Assembly (NCBI GenBank): GCA_963720545.1
Contig: OY970399.1
Location: 1,664,001-1,728,000 of the forward strand
Direction: 5' to 3'
From: an uncultured Acidobacteriota bacterium
Lineage (GTDB): Bacteria > Acidobacteriota > Vicinamibacteria > Fen-336
Length of the DNA stretch: 64,000 bases
A program made the translations under genes and the position numbers. This document shows positions 32,555 through 42,814 of the stretch, piece after piece. Positions within the stretch are counted from its first letter, which is position 1; each line of letters starts with the position of its first letter. Under the pieces are notes generated by a model. It was not told the DNA's origin and did not search any database. It worked only from the letters and a program-made list of their open reading frames with translations.

Positions 32555-32986
32555 ATGACGCGCCCAGAGAACCGGATCACGCCGCCCGCAGAAACGCCAA
32601 CAGGGCCGCTCCAGGTGGCGCCCGGTTCCCAACGAGACGACCCGCGCGCGCCGCGGCGCGCCGAGAACCTGTCTGTCCCCATCACCTGCGTCCTGCTCGA
32701 AGGCACCGGTTACAAGTTCAAGATCACGACGCCCGGCGAGCATCTCGTCGGCCGCGGCAACGACGCGCAGCTGCGGCTCATGAGCCCGATGGTCTCGCGC
32801 CGCCAGGCGCTGATCGTCCTCACGCCCGACCGCCTGCTCGCCACCATCGAGGATCTCGGCGGGGCCAACACCACGATGCTGAACGGACGGCCGATGGAGA
32901 AGGCGACGCTGCTCGACGGCGACGAGCTCGCGATGGGCGACATCCGGCTGGGGGTCGGCGTGGACCGCGAAGGCGAGACGAGCTAG
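32555..32986 (+). CDS. Small FHA-domain protein
   Basis: VGRG...VSRRQA...IEDLGGANTTMLNG...LLDGDELAMG; alternative start at 32540. Confidence 0.8.
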   Translation: MTRPENRITPPAETPTGPLQVAPGSQRDDPRAPRRAENLSVPITCVLLEGTGYKFKITTPGEHLVGRGNDAQLRLMSPMVSRRQALIVLTPDRLLATIEDLGGANTTMLNGRPMEKATLLDGDELAMGDIRLGVGVDREGETS

Positions 32987-34467
32987 GCCCTTTCGTCGGC
33001 GGCGAACGTCGTCATCGCGCGCGCCAGCAGCACCGCCCCCACCGCGTAGCCGGCGAGACCGAGGCTGATTCCCACCCGCAAGTCGCCGCACGCAACGCTC
33101 AGCCGGCCCATGACGTAAGGGCCGAGCGCGAGGCCGACGAGGGTGTTGAGCAGCAGGAACGCCGCGGTGGCGACACCGCGCATGCGCGGCAGGACCAGGT
33201 CCTGGATGGTCGCGAGGCCGGGGCCGAGCCAGAGCGACGCCGTGAAGTTCAGGAGCAATGCGAAGAAGAGCGCAGCGCCGCGGCCCGGCACCCAGAGCAT
33301 CGCGAGGCACGCCGGGATCGACAACAGGCAGTTGAGGAGGGCGACGCGCAAGCGGCCGGTGGGCACGGTGTGCCGCCAGCGATCCGCGCAGAGGCCGCCC
33401 AGCGTGACGCCCAGCCAACCGCCCGCAGCAGCGGCGCCGCCGACATACAGGCCGGCGTGCGCTGCGTCGAGCCCGTGGACCCGCACGAAAAAAGGCGCTG
33501 TCCAGAAGCCGAAGCCGTAGCCAGAGAAGGAAGTGAACGCGAGGCCGAGCGCCGTCATCCGCAGCGAGCGCGTCGCGAACAGCACACGAAACGCAGCGGC
33601 GTCGCGCAGCGCGAGTGACTGGCACCACGAGGCGGCCGCGTAAGCGCCCACGGCCAGCGACCACCACTGCCCCGGATTGCCGAACGCGCGGGCGGCGATC
33701 CACGCCGTGCCGGCGAACGCCGCCGCGACTCCAAGGTTGAGGAGGCTGTCGCGCATTCGGCCGCCAAGTTCCGCCAGCCGGAAGAAGCTGAACGGCGGCA
33801 GCACGGCGCGCAACTCATTCCAGAAAACCGCGAGCGGCGATTCCTGGCCGGTTCCCTGCTGCTGCGCCGCCGCGGCACCGTCGCCGGCGCCGCGCGCCGG
33901 CTCGCGCAAGCGGCGGATCCCGAATGCGAGCGCGAGGCCGGGCAGGCCGGCAACGAGGAAAGCCACGCGCCACCCCCAGCGGTCGGCAACCAGCCCGCCG
34001 AGGCCGAGGCCGAGCCCCGTGCCGATGTAGATGCCGGTCGAATAGAACGCGAGCGCCGTCGCCCGCCGCGCCCGCGGATACAGGTCGCACAGCATCGAAT
34101 AGGCTGCCGGGTTCGCCGACGCCTCGCCGATGCCGACCCCCATGCGCGCGAGCGCCAGCTGCGGGAAGGTGCGCGCGAATGCGGACAGGGCCGTCATCGC
34201 GCTCCAGAAGCCGAGGCCAAGCGCAAGTAGACGGCGGCGATCCCATACGTCGGCGAGACGGCCCAGGGGGATGCCGAAGACCGCGTAGAAGACCGCGAAC
34301 ACGGTGCCGTAGAGATAGCCGAGCTGGGCGTCATCGACGCCCAGCTCCAGCTTGATGTGCTCCGCCAGGATCGAGACGATCTGGCGGTCGACGTAGTTGA
34401 GGACGTAAGCGCCGGTCAGCAGCCCGAGGGCATAGCGGGCGTAGCGATCGGCCGGGGGTGCCGCCAT
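32983..34467 (-). CDS. MFS transporter (spinster-like)
   Basis: NYVDRQIVSIL, GRLADVWDRR, RMGVGIGEA. Confidence 0.9.
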   Translation of the reverse strand: MAAPPADRYARYALGLLTGAYVLNYVDRQIVSILAEHIKLELGVDDAQLGYLYGTVFAVFYAVFGIPLGRLADVWDRRRLLALGLGFWSAMTALSAFARTFPQLALARMGVGIGEASANPAAYSMLCDLYPRARRATALAFYSTGIYIGTGLGLGLGGLVADRWGWRVAFLVAGLPGLALAFGIRRLREPARGAGDGAAAAQQQGTGQESPLAVFWNELRAVLPPFSFFRLAELGGRMRDSLLNLGVAAAFAGTAWIAARAFGNPGQWWSLAVGAYAAASWCQSLALRDAAAFRVLFATRSLRMTALGLAFTSFSGYGFGFWTAPFFVRVHGLDAAHAGLYVGGAAAAGGWLGVTLGGLCADRWRHTVPTGRLRVALLNCLLSIPACLAMLWVPGRGAALFFALLLNFTASLWLGPGLATIQDLVLPRMRGVATAAFLLLNTLVGLALGPYVMGRLSVACGDLRVGISLGLAGYAVGAVLLARAMTTFAADERA

Positions 34468-34505
34468 TCGGCGGCCATTGTCCTATGGCTTCGCGGCTTT
34501 GCCGC

Positions 34506-34919
34506 TCACTCGCAGTACTGGCCGGTGCAAGGCGGCGCCGGGTTGCCGTTCTGCGCGTTCACGCGCCCGACCATGGTGGGATGGATCTGGCAGTGGTAGT
34601 TGGTGCCGCCGCTCGGCATCTGCACCGAGCGACTCGAGGTACCCGCCGCGATGTCGCCGGTGTCGATGGTGCCGTCGTTCAGTACCACGCGGTGCGTGAT
34701 GCTGTCGCTGTTGCGGAAGACGACGCTCCTGCCACCCGCGCTGGCCGGGTTGGGGCTGAACGACATCGACCCGTTCTGGCCGACGACCGTGACGATGAAG
34801 TCGCTCGACGCGGGTGGATTGGCGGGAGTGACCGGCGTCGAACCACCGCCTCCGCCACCGCACGAGGGAAGGGCAAGGACCGTGGCTAGCGCGGCCGATC
34901 TCGTGAACAGAGATCGCAT
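34506..34919 (-). CDS. Cupredoxin-like lipoprotein
   Basis: Lipoprotein-like LPS-C, FSPNP, NSDSITH, YHCQIHPTM type-1 Cu ligands; AAGGAGG RBS. Confidence 0.8.
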   Translation of the reverse strand: MRSLFTRSAALATVLALPSCGGGGGGSTPVTPANPPASSDFIVTVVGQNGSMSFSPNPASAGGRSVVFRNSDSITHRVVLNDGTIDTGDIAAGTSSRSVQMPSGGTNYHCQIHPTMVGRVNAQNGNPAPPCTGQYCE

Positions 34920-34975
34920 GAAACCTCCTTGTTTACGCAACAGCTGGACAGCTGTCTTGTCGTAAATCGTCAAGG

Positions 34976-34991
34976 AGCAATGCATGTGCCA
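34976..34991 (-). promoter_or_regulatory. Sigma54 promoter of the cupredoxin lipoprotein
   Basis: Minus strand TGGCACATGCATTGCT, near consensus. Confidence 0.75.
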
Positions 34992-35088
34992 CGCTCAAAT
35001 CTCTGAAACAGTCCACTTTCATGGCTTTCGTCCAAGGTCGGCAGGGCCAATCGCTACGGGAATCCGGGCCCCGAACCAATAAAGTGAT

Positions 35089-36849
35089 TCAGCGCAGCAC
35101 GGGCACGACCAGCCGCGAGGGGTGCGCGTTGTCGTGGTGCACCGTGATTGTGGCGGTGCGCGCCGCGGCGGACGTCGTTTCCAGTTCGCCCGTGTGCAGG
35201 TTGCGCGAGAAGTGTGGGAAGAACGACGGTGTCAACACCGCGCGCAGCCGATGGCCTTTCTTGAACTGGTTGCCGGTGACGAGGTCGGCGAATCGCAGCT
35301 CATAGATATCGCCGGGCTTCAGCAGCTTGCGCTCCGGGCCGCCGTCGCGATAGCTGGCGCGCAACACGTCGAGGCCAGGGCTCATCAGGTTCCACGCGGT
35401 GCCGTCGGGCGCGACGTCGAAGAGCTTCACCCACAGGTCGAGATCCGGAGCGTCACTCGAGACGAAGATGCGCGCGTCGATGGGGCCGACGACGCGCGTT
35501 TCGGCCGCGAACGGTTCGGTCTCGAAGACCAGGAGATCGCTGCGCTTCACCAGGTCGCGATAGTCGTGCGCGCCGGATTCCAGGGCGAACGGATCGGCGA
35601 CCGGGTTCATCGGATCGGACACGAACTTGCTCGCGGGCGAACCGGCCACGCGCGTCGGCGCAAGCCTGCCACTGCGCTCCCCTTTGGGAGCGCCGGAGAG
35701 GAAGAGCTGCAGCGGTTCCGCCGAGGATGGCGGCGGCCACGACGGCGCGTCGCGCCAGGCGTTTTCCCCCATCACGAACACCCGCACCGGCGCCGGCGCC
35801 GGTGCGGCAATGGATGGCGCGGGCTTGAGATAGCGGTCCATGAAGTCGAGCACCAGCGCGTCGTAATCGATCGCAGCCGCGGGTCCGAAGCTGCGATCGC
35901 CCGAAGACTCCTGCCGCTTCGAATCGCGGCTCATGGGGCCGCCGTGAATCCACGGCCCGAGCACGAGCGTGGTACGCGGGTCCTGGCCGCGGCGCGACTG
36001 CAGCAGCCCGAGGTAGTTGGTGATGGCACCCTCTGGGCCGTATGCCTCGTCGTGCCAGCCGGAAATGTTGAGCACAGCCGCCTTGACCTTGTCGTACTTG
36101 CCGCGGATCTCCATCCAGTCCCAGCGCGCATCGCCCGGCGGCACCAGCATCCATTGCGTGAGCCACGGGGCAACATCCTTGAACTCTGGCAGGTTGGTGA
36201 GCGGCAGCCGCTTCTGCACCGAATCGCGTTGCTCGTCCCAGGCGGCGCGCGCGGCCTCGCCGGTGCACGGACCGGGCAGGTTCTTGCGCACGCGCACGTC
36301 GGGCGCGATGTTGTTCCAGGTCCAGGTGGTCCACGAGCCGTCGAAGACGCCGCCGGAGTAGATGAAGTTGCGCGAGGTCGAAAAGGTCATCGCCGGCACC
36401 ATGGCGGCCAGATGCGGCGGCGACTCGACCGCCGCGAGCCACTGGACGGCGCCCGGATAGGACAAGCCGAAGGTGCCCACCTTGCCGTTCGACCAGGACT
36501 GGGCAGCCGCCCATTCGATGGTGTCGTAGCCGTCCTTGCCCTCGTTTACGTACGGCACGAACTCGCCGGCCGAGCCGTAGCGTCCCCGCACGTCCTGCAC
36601 CACCACCGCATAACCGCGGCCCACGGCGGCGCGCACCGTGCCGCCTTCGAAGGTGCCGCGGCGGCTGTAAGGCGTGCGGTAGACGAGCGTCGGAAAAGGC
36701 CCCGCGCCCGCGGGCCGAATCACATCGGCGGCGAGCTTCACTCCGTCGCGCGTGACGATCGCCACGTCGCGCTCGATGACCTGAGCCGGGACGGCGCCCG
36801 GGATGGTGACTTCCAGCACAAAAACGAGGGCCGCGAGGTGTCTCTTCAT
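35089..36849 (-). CDS. CocE/NonD family hydrolase, secreted
   Basis: RTPY, QDVRGRYGS, GLSYPG, GWHD, LGPWIH. Confidence 0.9.
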   Translation of the reverse strand: MKRHLAALVFVLEVTIPGAVPAQVIERDVAIVTRDGVKLAADVIRPAGAGPFPTLVYRTPYSRRGTFEGGTVRAAVGRGYAVVVQDVRGRYGSAGEFVPYVNEGKDGYDTIEWAAAQSWSNGKVGTFGLSYPGAVQWLAAVESPPHLAAMVPAMTFSTSRNFIYSGGVFDGSWTTWTWNNIAPDVRVRKNLPGPCTGEAARAAWDEQRDSVQKRLPLTNLPEFKDVAPWLTQWMLVPPGDARWDWMEIRGKYDKVKAAVLNISGWHDEAYGPEGAITNYLGLLQSRRGQDPRTTLVLGPWIHGGPMSRDSKRQESSGDRSFGPAAAIDYDALVLDFMDRYLKPAPSIAAPAPAPVRVFVMGENAWRDAPSWPPPSSAEPLQLFLSGAPKGERSGRLAPTRVAGSPASKFVSDPMNPVADPFALESGAHDYRDLVKRSDLLVFETEPFAAETRVVGPIDARIFVSSDAPDLDLWVKLFDVAPDGTAWNLMSPGLDVLRASYRDGGPERKLLKPGDIYELRFADLVTGNQFKKGHRLRAVLTPSFFPHFSRNLHTGELETTSAAARTATITVHHDNAHPSRLVVPVLR

Positions 36850-37014
36850 GGTGAACGAGAACCTAGCGCAAGTCGTTGGGTGTGAGGCACATCCCAACGA
36901 GGGAATTCGCACAATTGCGCGACAAACGCAAGTGCTACCATTCGCATACTAAATTCACGGAGAAGGAGCGGGTTGCGCCCCGAAGCCCCACTAGAAGAGT
37001 CGACGCTCGGCCAG

Positions 37015-40000
37015 ATGAAGCGCGTTCCGGGCGCTCAGGCCACTGCGCCGCTTCTCATGCACGGCGTGCGCCGTTTTGCGGCCATCGCCCTCACCGGGGT
37101 GGTCGCCCTGATCGCGCTCGACTTCTTCGTGTACGCAGCGCCATGGCTGCGCAACCTCAACCTCGCGTCGATGGCGCTGTTCGCCTGCGTCTGCACCTGG
37201 GTGGTGATGAGCCCGTCGGCCGGCACCGGTGCCGGCGCTCGCCTGCTCTCGCTATCCTTCGTCGCCGCCAGCTGGATCGCCGAGTACCGCTTCGGCCTGC
37301 TGTCGGCGCTGCCGTTCTTCGTCGCGCTCGGCACCGCCCTCATCGCGCGCTGGGTGAAGGGCCGCGTCGAGTTGATCCCGGCGGTGGCCGGCATCGGCTG
37401 GGCAGTGGTCACCTTCCTCACGATCCGCAGGACGCTGCCCGACGCCGGCGCCGTCTCGGTGTTCGAGGCGGGCCCGGCGATGGAGCTGACGCTCGGCATC
37501 GCCATCTCGGTCGCGTTCTTCTTCGCGTTCCTGGTGGCGCGCGCCGACCGCCGCGCCGAGACCGAGAGCGAGCGGCGCTTCGGCAGCGCCTTCTCCAGCC
37601 TCAGCCAGTTCAACGAGCTGGTCCTCAACTCCGCGGGCGACGGCATCTACGTCGTCGACCTCGACGGCATCATCTCCTTCGCCAACCCTTCGGTCACCTC
37701 GCTCACCGGGTACGAGATGCGCGAGCTCGCCGGAAACAGCGCCCACGAGCTGCTGCACGCCGGCAACCTGCGCACCGGCCGCGACGAGTGCAAGGTGTGC
37801 GGCGCCATCGGCGGCAGCGGCGGCAGCGCGCCGCGCTCGGCCGATGAGCTCTTCTGGCGCAAGGACGGCGCCACCTTTCCGGTGGAGTGCGTCGTCAGCC
37901 CGATCCGCACCGACGAGCAGGTGCTCGGCCATGTGGTCGCCTTCAAGGACCTCAGCGAGCGCCGCGCTCTGTTCCGCGTGGTGCACGACACCGCTGTCGC
38001 CAAGAGCCTGCTGGAGGTCTACTCGCGCATCCATGCGGTCGCGGCCGACATCATGCCGGCGAAGAATTTCTACCTGGCGCTCTACGACGATGCCACCAGC
38101 ATCCTGAGCTTCCCCTACTTCGTCGACGAGCACGATCCACAGCCGGACGACACGCCGATGGGCCGCGGCCTCACGGAATACGTGCTGCGCACCGGCAAGC
38201 CGCTGCTCGTCGACCCGGAGCGGTTCGAGGGTCTAGTCGCCGCCAAGGATGTCGACCCGGTCGGCTCGCCGTCGGTCGTGTGGCTGGGCGTGCCGCTCAC
38301 CTCGGGTGGCAAGACTTTCGGCGTGGTGGCGGTGCAAAGTTATGAGGAGCGCGTGCGCTACGGCCAGCGCGACCTCGAGCTGCTCACGGTCGTCTCGCAG
38401 CCGATCGCCGACGCCATCGTCCGCAAGCGCTCCGAGGAAGAGACGCGCGCCACCGTTTCGGTGCTGCAGGCGACCCTCGAAGCGACGGGCGACGGCCTGC
38501 TGGTGGTCGACAATTCCGGACGTGTGGTTTCGTTCAACACCGCGTTCGCCCAGATCTGGGGCCTGCCGAAGGCGCTGCTCGACTCGCGCAGCGACCGCCT
38601 GCTGACCGCGGCGACGCAGCAGCTGGTGCGCGATCCGCAGGAGTTCGTCGAGAAGATCGCGACCATCTACGCCGACGTCGAGGGCGACTCGTTCGACGTC
38701 GTGGAACTGAGCGACGGGCGGGTCATCGAGCGCGAGTCGCGGCCGCAGCGGCTCGACGGGGCCGCCATCGGCCGCGTCTGGAGCTACCGCGACGTCACCG
38801 AGACCCGCCAGGTGGCGGCGCGCGTCGAGTACCAGGCGTTCCACGATTCGCTCACCGGCCTGCCCAACCGCCTGCTGTTCCGCGACCGCCTCGAGATGGC
38901 CCTGCGCCAGGCGCAGCGCAAGAACGAACGCATCGCGCTGCTGTTCCTCGACGTCGACCGCTTCAAGGGCGTCAACGACAGCCTGGGCCACGCCGGCGGC
39001 GACAAGCTGCTGCAGGCGCTGTCCGAGCGGATCCGCGGTCAGTTGCGCGAACAGGACACGGTGGCGCGGCTCGGCGGCGACGAGTTCGCGATCCTGCTGC
39101 TGGGGGTGCCGACGCCGGAAGTGGCCGCACGCATGGCGGAGAAGATCCAGGCGAGCCTCGCTCCGCCGATCACCATCGAGCAGCGCGACCTCGAAGTGTC
39201 GGCGAGCATCGGCGTCGCCATCTATCCCGACGACGGCGCCGACGGCGAGGCGCTGCTGCGCAGCGCCGACATCGCGATGTACCGCGCCAAGGAACTCGGC
39301 GGCAACAGCTTCCAGTTGTGCACGCACGCGATGAACACGCGCGCGCTGGAGCGCGTCAACCTCGAGGCGATGCTGCGCCATGCCGTGGACCGCGGCGAGT
39401 TCCTGCTGGAGTACCAGCCTATGATCGACGTCGCCTCGGGCCGCATCGTCGGCTGCGAGGCGCTCCTCCGCTGGCAACACCCGCAGCTTGGCCTCATCTC
39501 GCCCAGCCACTTCATCCCGCTCGCGGAGGAGACGCGGCTCATCGTCCCCATGGGCGAATGGGTGCTGCACACCGCCTGCCGGCAGCTCGAGATCTGGCAC
39601 CGGGCGGGCCACACCGACCTGAAGATGACCGTGAACCTGTCGGGCCGTCACGTGCAGCAGCCGAACATCCTCGAGGTGGTGGAAGCCGCGATGGCCAGCG
39701 CTGGCCTCGGGCCGGGCGGGCTCGAGCTGGAGATCACCGAGACGGTGGCGATGAACAACGTGGAATGGACGCGCTCCGTGCTCGACGGCTTCCACCGCAT
39801 GGGCGTGCCCATCTCGATCGACGACTTCGGCACCGGCCAGTCGTCGCTCAGCTACCTGCGTCTCTTCCCGCTGAGCACGCTCAAGATCGACCGCTCGTTC
39901 GTGAGCGACGTCGTCACCCACCCCGAGAACCAGGCGATCGTGCGCGCCATCGTCGCGCTCGCGAAGGCGCTGAACCTCAAGGTCGTGGCGGAAGGCGTCG

Positions 40001-40206
40001 AGACCCGCGAGCAGCTCGAGTTCATCCGCGGCGTCGGCTGCGACCAGTTCCAGGGCTTCCTGGTGGGCCGCAGCATGACGGCGTCGCATTTCGAGGACGC
40101 GCTGCGCGCGCACAGCCCCGAAGAGTGGATGACGGCGGTTGAAGAACCCGCGGTCTCGCGCGCCGGCTCTAGTCGGTCAGTACGATCCGCAGCGCCTCAG
40201 CCGTGA
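37015..40206 (+). CDS. Membrane PAS-GAF-PAS-GGDEF-EAL protein
   Basis: TM region, HDSLTGLPNR, RxxD-RLGGDEF, EALLRW, DDFGTG, AEGVET; start approximate. Confidence 0.92.
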   Translation: MKRVPGAQATAPLLMHGVRRFAAIALTGVVALIALDFFVYAAPWLRNLNLASMALFACVCTWVVMSPSAGTGAGARLLSLSFVAASWIAEYRFGLLSALPFFVALGTALIARWVKGRVELIPAVAGIGWAVVTFLTIRRTLPDAGAVSVFEAGPAMELTLGIAISVAFFFAFLVARADRRAETESERRFGSAFSSLSQFNELVLNSAGDGIYVVDLDGIISFANPSVTSLTGYEMRELAGNSAHELLHAGNLRTGRDECKVCGAIGGSGGSAPRSADELFWRKDGATFPVECVVSPIRTDEQVLGHVVAFKDLSERRALFRVVHDTAVAKSLLEVYSRIHAVAADIMPAKNFYLALYDDATSILSFPYFVDEHDPQPDDTPMGRGLTEYVLRTGKPLLVDPERFEGLVAAKDVDPVGSPSVVWLGVPLTSGGKTFGVVAVQSYEERVRYGQRDLELLTVVSQPIADAIVRKRSEEETRATVSVLQATLEATGDGLLVVDNSGRVVSFNTAFAQIWGLPKALLDSRSDRLLTAATQQLVRDPQEFVEKIATIYADVEGDSFDVVELSDGRVIERESRPQRLDGAAIGRVWSYRDVTETRQVAARVEYQAFHDSLTGLPNRLLFRDRLEMALRQAQRKNERIALLFLDVDRFKGVNDSLGHAGGDKLLQALSERIRGQLREQDTVARLGGDEFAILLLGVPTPEVAARMAEKIQASLAPPITIEQRDLEVSASIGVAIYPDDGADGEALLRSADIAMYRAKELGGNSFQLCTHAMNTRALERVNLEAMLRHAVDRGEFLLEYQPMIDVASGRIVGCEALLRWQHPQLGLISPSHFIPLAEETRLIVPMGEWVLHTACRQLEIWHRAGHTDLKMTVNLSGRHVQQPNILEVVEAAMASAGLGPGGLELEITETVAMNNVEWTRSVLDGFHRMGVPISIDDFGTGQSSLSYLRLFPLSTLKIDRSFVSDVVTHPENQAIVRAIVALAKALNLKVVAEGVETREQLEFIRGVGCDQFQGFLVGRSMTASHFEDALRAHSPEEWMTAVEEPAVSRAGSSRSVRSAAPQP

Positions 40207-41221
40207 GCCGATGGCCGGCGTCGTTCAGATGGCCGATGTCGTCGAGAGTGAACTTCCCGAAACCCAGTTCGTCCTGGTGATACGCGTGGTCGAGGTAGAC
40301 CACGTCCAGCCCCTGCGCCTCGGGAGCCTCCAGCAGGCTGGTGACCCAGCGCGAGCCATGCCGGTAGCCGAACTTGTTCGGATGAATGCTCAGCACCAGG
40401 CGGCCGCCATCGGCCTCGACAGTCGAGCGTAGCCGGCCAACCAGAGCCGCAACCAGGCTGACCGCGGCATCCTCATCGCTGGTGGCGCTCGCCTTCCGTG
40501 CCGACCAGTGCCTGGTCTTGTCCACCTCGAACACGGGACGGCCGCGGCGAGTGAGCTTCCTGACGAGCGCCGAGTTCTTCTGCAGCCAGTTCCCCAGCCG
40601 CATGCGCGGCCGCAGCCGCACGTGGCGATCCTGCAGCTGCAGGTCGTCGTCCTGCAGGAAGAACTGCGGCTTTGGATGCCGGCCGTCGTAGAGCGACACC
40701 GGCAGCATGACGTCGGCAAGGTCGTTGTCCACGCACAGGCTGAGGACCACCACGCCTGGATGCCACGATCGCCCCTCGCTCTCGTAGCGCAGCAGCGATT
40801 GATCGATACCGTACCCGGGAACCGCGAGGTTCACCACCTCCACCGCATCGTTCTCGGCATCGAGGCGCTGGGCGAACGTCTTGTCGTCGGCGACACCGTA
40901 CCCGAACGCAACCGAATCTCCGAGCAGCACGACCCGCGTGACACCGGGCGCCGGCAGCCGCGTCTTCGGCACCTCGCCGCGCCAGCCGTGTGCATTGATC
41001 GTAGTGACAGCGCCAAGAACCGTCGCCCGCGCGTCCGGCCGCAGCTCCCAGCCCAGCGTCTCGGAGTAGTCGAACAGTTCGTCTACATCGGCCGCAGGAT
41101 TGGCCGCCGAGCTGCGATGCGCAAGCACACGAGCGCCCACCTCGAGACCGGCAATGAGGGCAACGCCAACGATGATGCTGGCGGCGGCGCTCACCAGATC
41201 GCCGCGCTTGATCGAAACCAC
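40169..41221 (-). CDS. SGNH/GDSL-like membrane-anchored hydrolase
   Basis: LGDSVAFG, NLAVPGYG, ND, DDIGHLN. Confidence 0.8.
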   Translation of the reverse strand: MVSIKRGDLVSAAASIIVGVALIAGLEVGARVLAHRSSAANPAADVDELFDYSETLGWELRPDARATVLGAVTTINAHGWRGEVPKTRLPAPGVTRVVLLGDSVAFGYGVADDKTFAQRLDAENDAVEVVNLAVPGYGIDQSLLRYESEGRSWHPGVVVLSLCVDNDLADVMLPVSLYDGRHPKPQFFLQDDDLQLQDRHVRLRPRMRLGNWLQKNSALVRKLTRRGRPVFEVDKTRHWSARKASATSDEDAAVSLVAALVGRLRSTVEADGGRLVLSIHPNKFGYRHGSRWVTSLLEAPEAQGLDVVYLDHAYHQDELGFGKFTLDDIGHLNDAGHRLTAEALRIVLTD

Positions 41222-41293
41222 TGAAAACAGGGTACCAAGAAAAGACGCCGCGAAGCGCTATCCTCTCCGTTTCCATCAGGAATTACGGAGGAC

Positions 41294-41953
41294 ATGATGA
41301 GCACCCCCGGCACTGCCCCTCTCGACATGAAGCTCGAGGCCGTCGTGATTCCGGTTGCCGACCCTGATCGAGCCAAGGCCTTCTACGCGGGCCTGGGCTG
41401 GCGGCTCGATGCCGACTTCCCGGGAGTCGGGGACTTCAGAGCCATCCAGTTCACGCCTCCCGGCTCGCAATGCTCCATACATTTCGGCAAGGGAGTGACG
41501 ACAGCAGCGCCGGGGTCGATCCAGAATCTCTATCTCGTCGTCTCCGACATGGAGGCGGCTCGAGCGGAACTGATCTCACACGGTGTCGATGTGAGCGAGG
41601 CGTTCCACTTCGCCGGCTTCGGCGGAGAAAAAGTGCCGGGTCCCGAGCCGTCGGGTCACTCGTACGCCACACTCGCAACCTTCAAGGACCCGGACGGTAA
41701 TGGCTGGCTGCTCCAGGAGATCAAGACGCGGCTCCCCGGCCGCGGCTTTAGTTGGGACGTCCCCACACTGACCGACCTCCTGCGCGAGGCCGAGCAGAAT
41801 CACGGCAAGTTCGAAGCGGTCGCCCCGAAGCACCACTGGTCTGGTTTCTACTCCGCGTTCATCGTTGCGCGCGTGGCGGGAAAGACCGCCGATGAGGCCT
41901 TCGAGGCTGGCAAGCTCGAAGTGGAACGGACACTTGGCGCATCCAAGGTCTGA
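41294..41953 (+). CDS. VOC/glyoxalase family protein with C-terminal extension
   Basis: IPVADPDRAKAFY, QFTPPGS, FKDPDGNGWLLQE; GGAGG RBS. Confidence 0.88.
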   Translation: MMSTPGTAPLDMKLEAVVIPVADPDRAKAFYAGLGWRLDADFPGVGDFRAIQFTPPGSQCSIHFGKGVTTAAPGSIQNLYLVVSDMEAARAELISHGVDVSEAFHFAGFGGEKVPGPEPSGHSYATLATFKDPDGNGWLLQEIKTRLPGRGFSWDVPTLTDLLREAEQNHGKFEAVAPKHHWSGFYSAFIVARVAGKTADEAFEAGKLEVERTLGASKV

Positions 41954-41984
41954 CCGAACTCCGTAGCGACTAGCAATACACCGC

Positions 41985-42032
41985 TTGACGATAGTCGATA
42001 TATCTGATATTAATATTCGATATCGAATGTCA
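41985..42032 (+). promoter_or_regulatory. AT-rich promoter/operator of the DUF2975-XRE pair
   Basis: TTGACG -35 box and perfect palindrome ATTCGATATCGAAT at 42015-42028. Confidence 0.65.
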
Positions 42033-42047
42033 ACAAGGTGGTGAATC

Positions 42048-42575
42048 ATGTCGAGTCCGGCTCGGGAATCGAAAGCGCTGCCCATCGCCTATGTGGCGCT
42101 TCGGATCCTCGTCGTCCTGAACTGGCTGGGAGGCGCTGCGATCTTCGCCCTCCTGGTCGCAATGCCCACGAGGCGATGGATCTTGAGTTCTTTCGCGATG
42201 TCTCCGGGACCTGAAGCGGATCGCGTGGTCTTTGGCTTGCGCTCGATCGCGGCGCTCGGCCTTGCTGCGATTCCGATCAACCACGTCGTCCTCAAGCGGC
42301 TGCTTTCGATCGTCGAGACGGTCCGCTCGGGCGACCCGTTCGTCGGCGCGAACGCAGCCCGTTTGCAGACGGTCGGCTGGGCGCTGCTCGCGCTGCAGCT
42401 TCTCAGCATCGTCATCGGCTCGATCGCCAGCTCCGTCTCCAGCCCGGCGCACCCGCTCCACATCGATGCCGGCTTCTCGATCGACGGTTGGCTTGCCGTG
42501 CTCCTGACGTTCCTGCTGGCGCGCGTGTTCGCGGAAGGCGCGCTCATGCGCGAAGACCTCGCGGGAACGGTCTGA
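42048..42575 (+). CDS. DUF2975 membrane protein
   Basis: Four TM segments; GDPF...NAARL, ARVFAEG...DLAGTV. Confidence 0.8.
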   Translation: MSSPARESKALPIAYVALRILVVLNWLGGAAIFALLVAMPTRRWILSSFAMSPGPEADRVVFGLRSIAALGLAAIPINHVVLKRLLSIVETVRSGDPFVGANAARLQTVGWALLALQLLSIVIGSIASSVSSPAHPLHIDAGFSIDGWLAVLLTFLLARVFAEGALMREDLAGTV

Positions 42576-42576
42576 C

Positions 42577-42792
42577 GTGGCAATCACCGTCAAGCTCGAC
42601 GACCTTCTCCACGAGAGGCGAATGACCTTGACCGAACTCGCGGATCAGGTCGGAATGGCTTTGGCCAACCTCTCGATCCTGAAGACCGGGAAAGCGCGAG
42701 CGATCCGCTTCTCAACGCTCGAAGCCATCTGCAAGGCGCTGTCATGCCAGCCCGGCGACATGCTCCGCTTCGAGCCGGAGGAGAACCAATGA
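42577..42792 (+). CDS. Small XRE HTH regulator (YozG-like)
   Basis: ANLSILKTGKARAIRFSTLEAIC..L.CQPGD. Confidence 0.92.
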   Translation: MAITVKLDDLLHERRMTLTELADQVGMALANLSILKTGKARAIRFSTLEAICKALSCQPGDMLRFEPEENQ

Positions 42793-42814
42793 AGACTCCA
42801 CTCGCAGCCTGACG

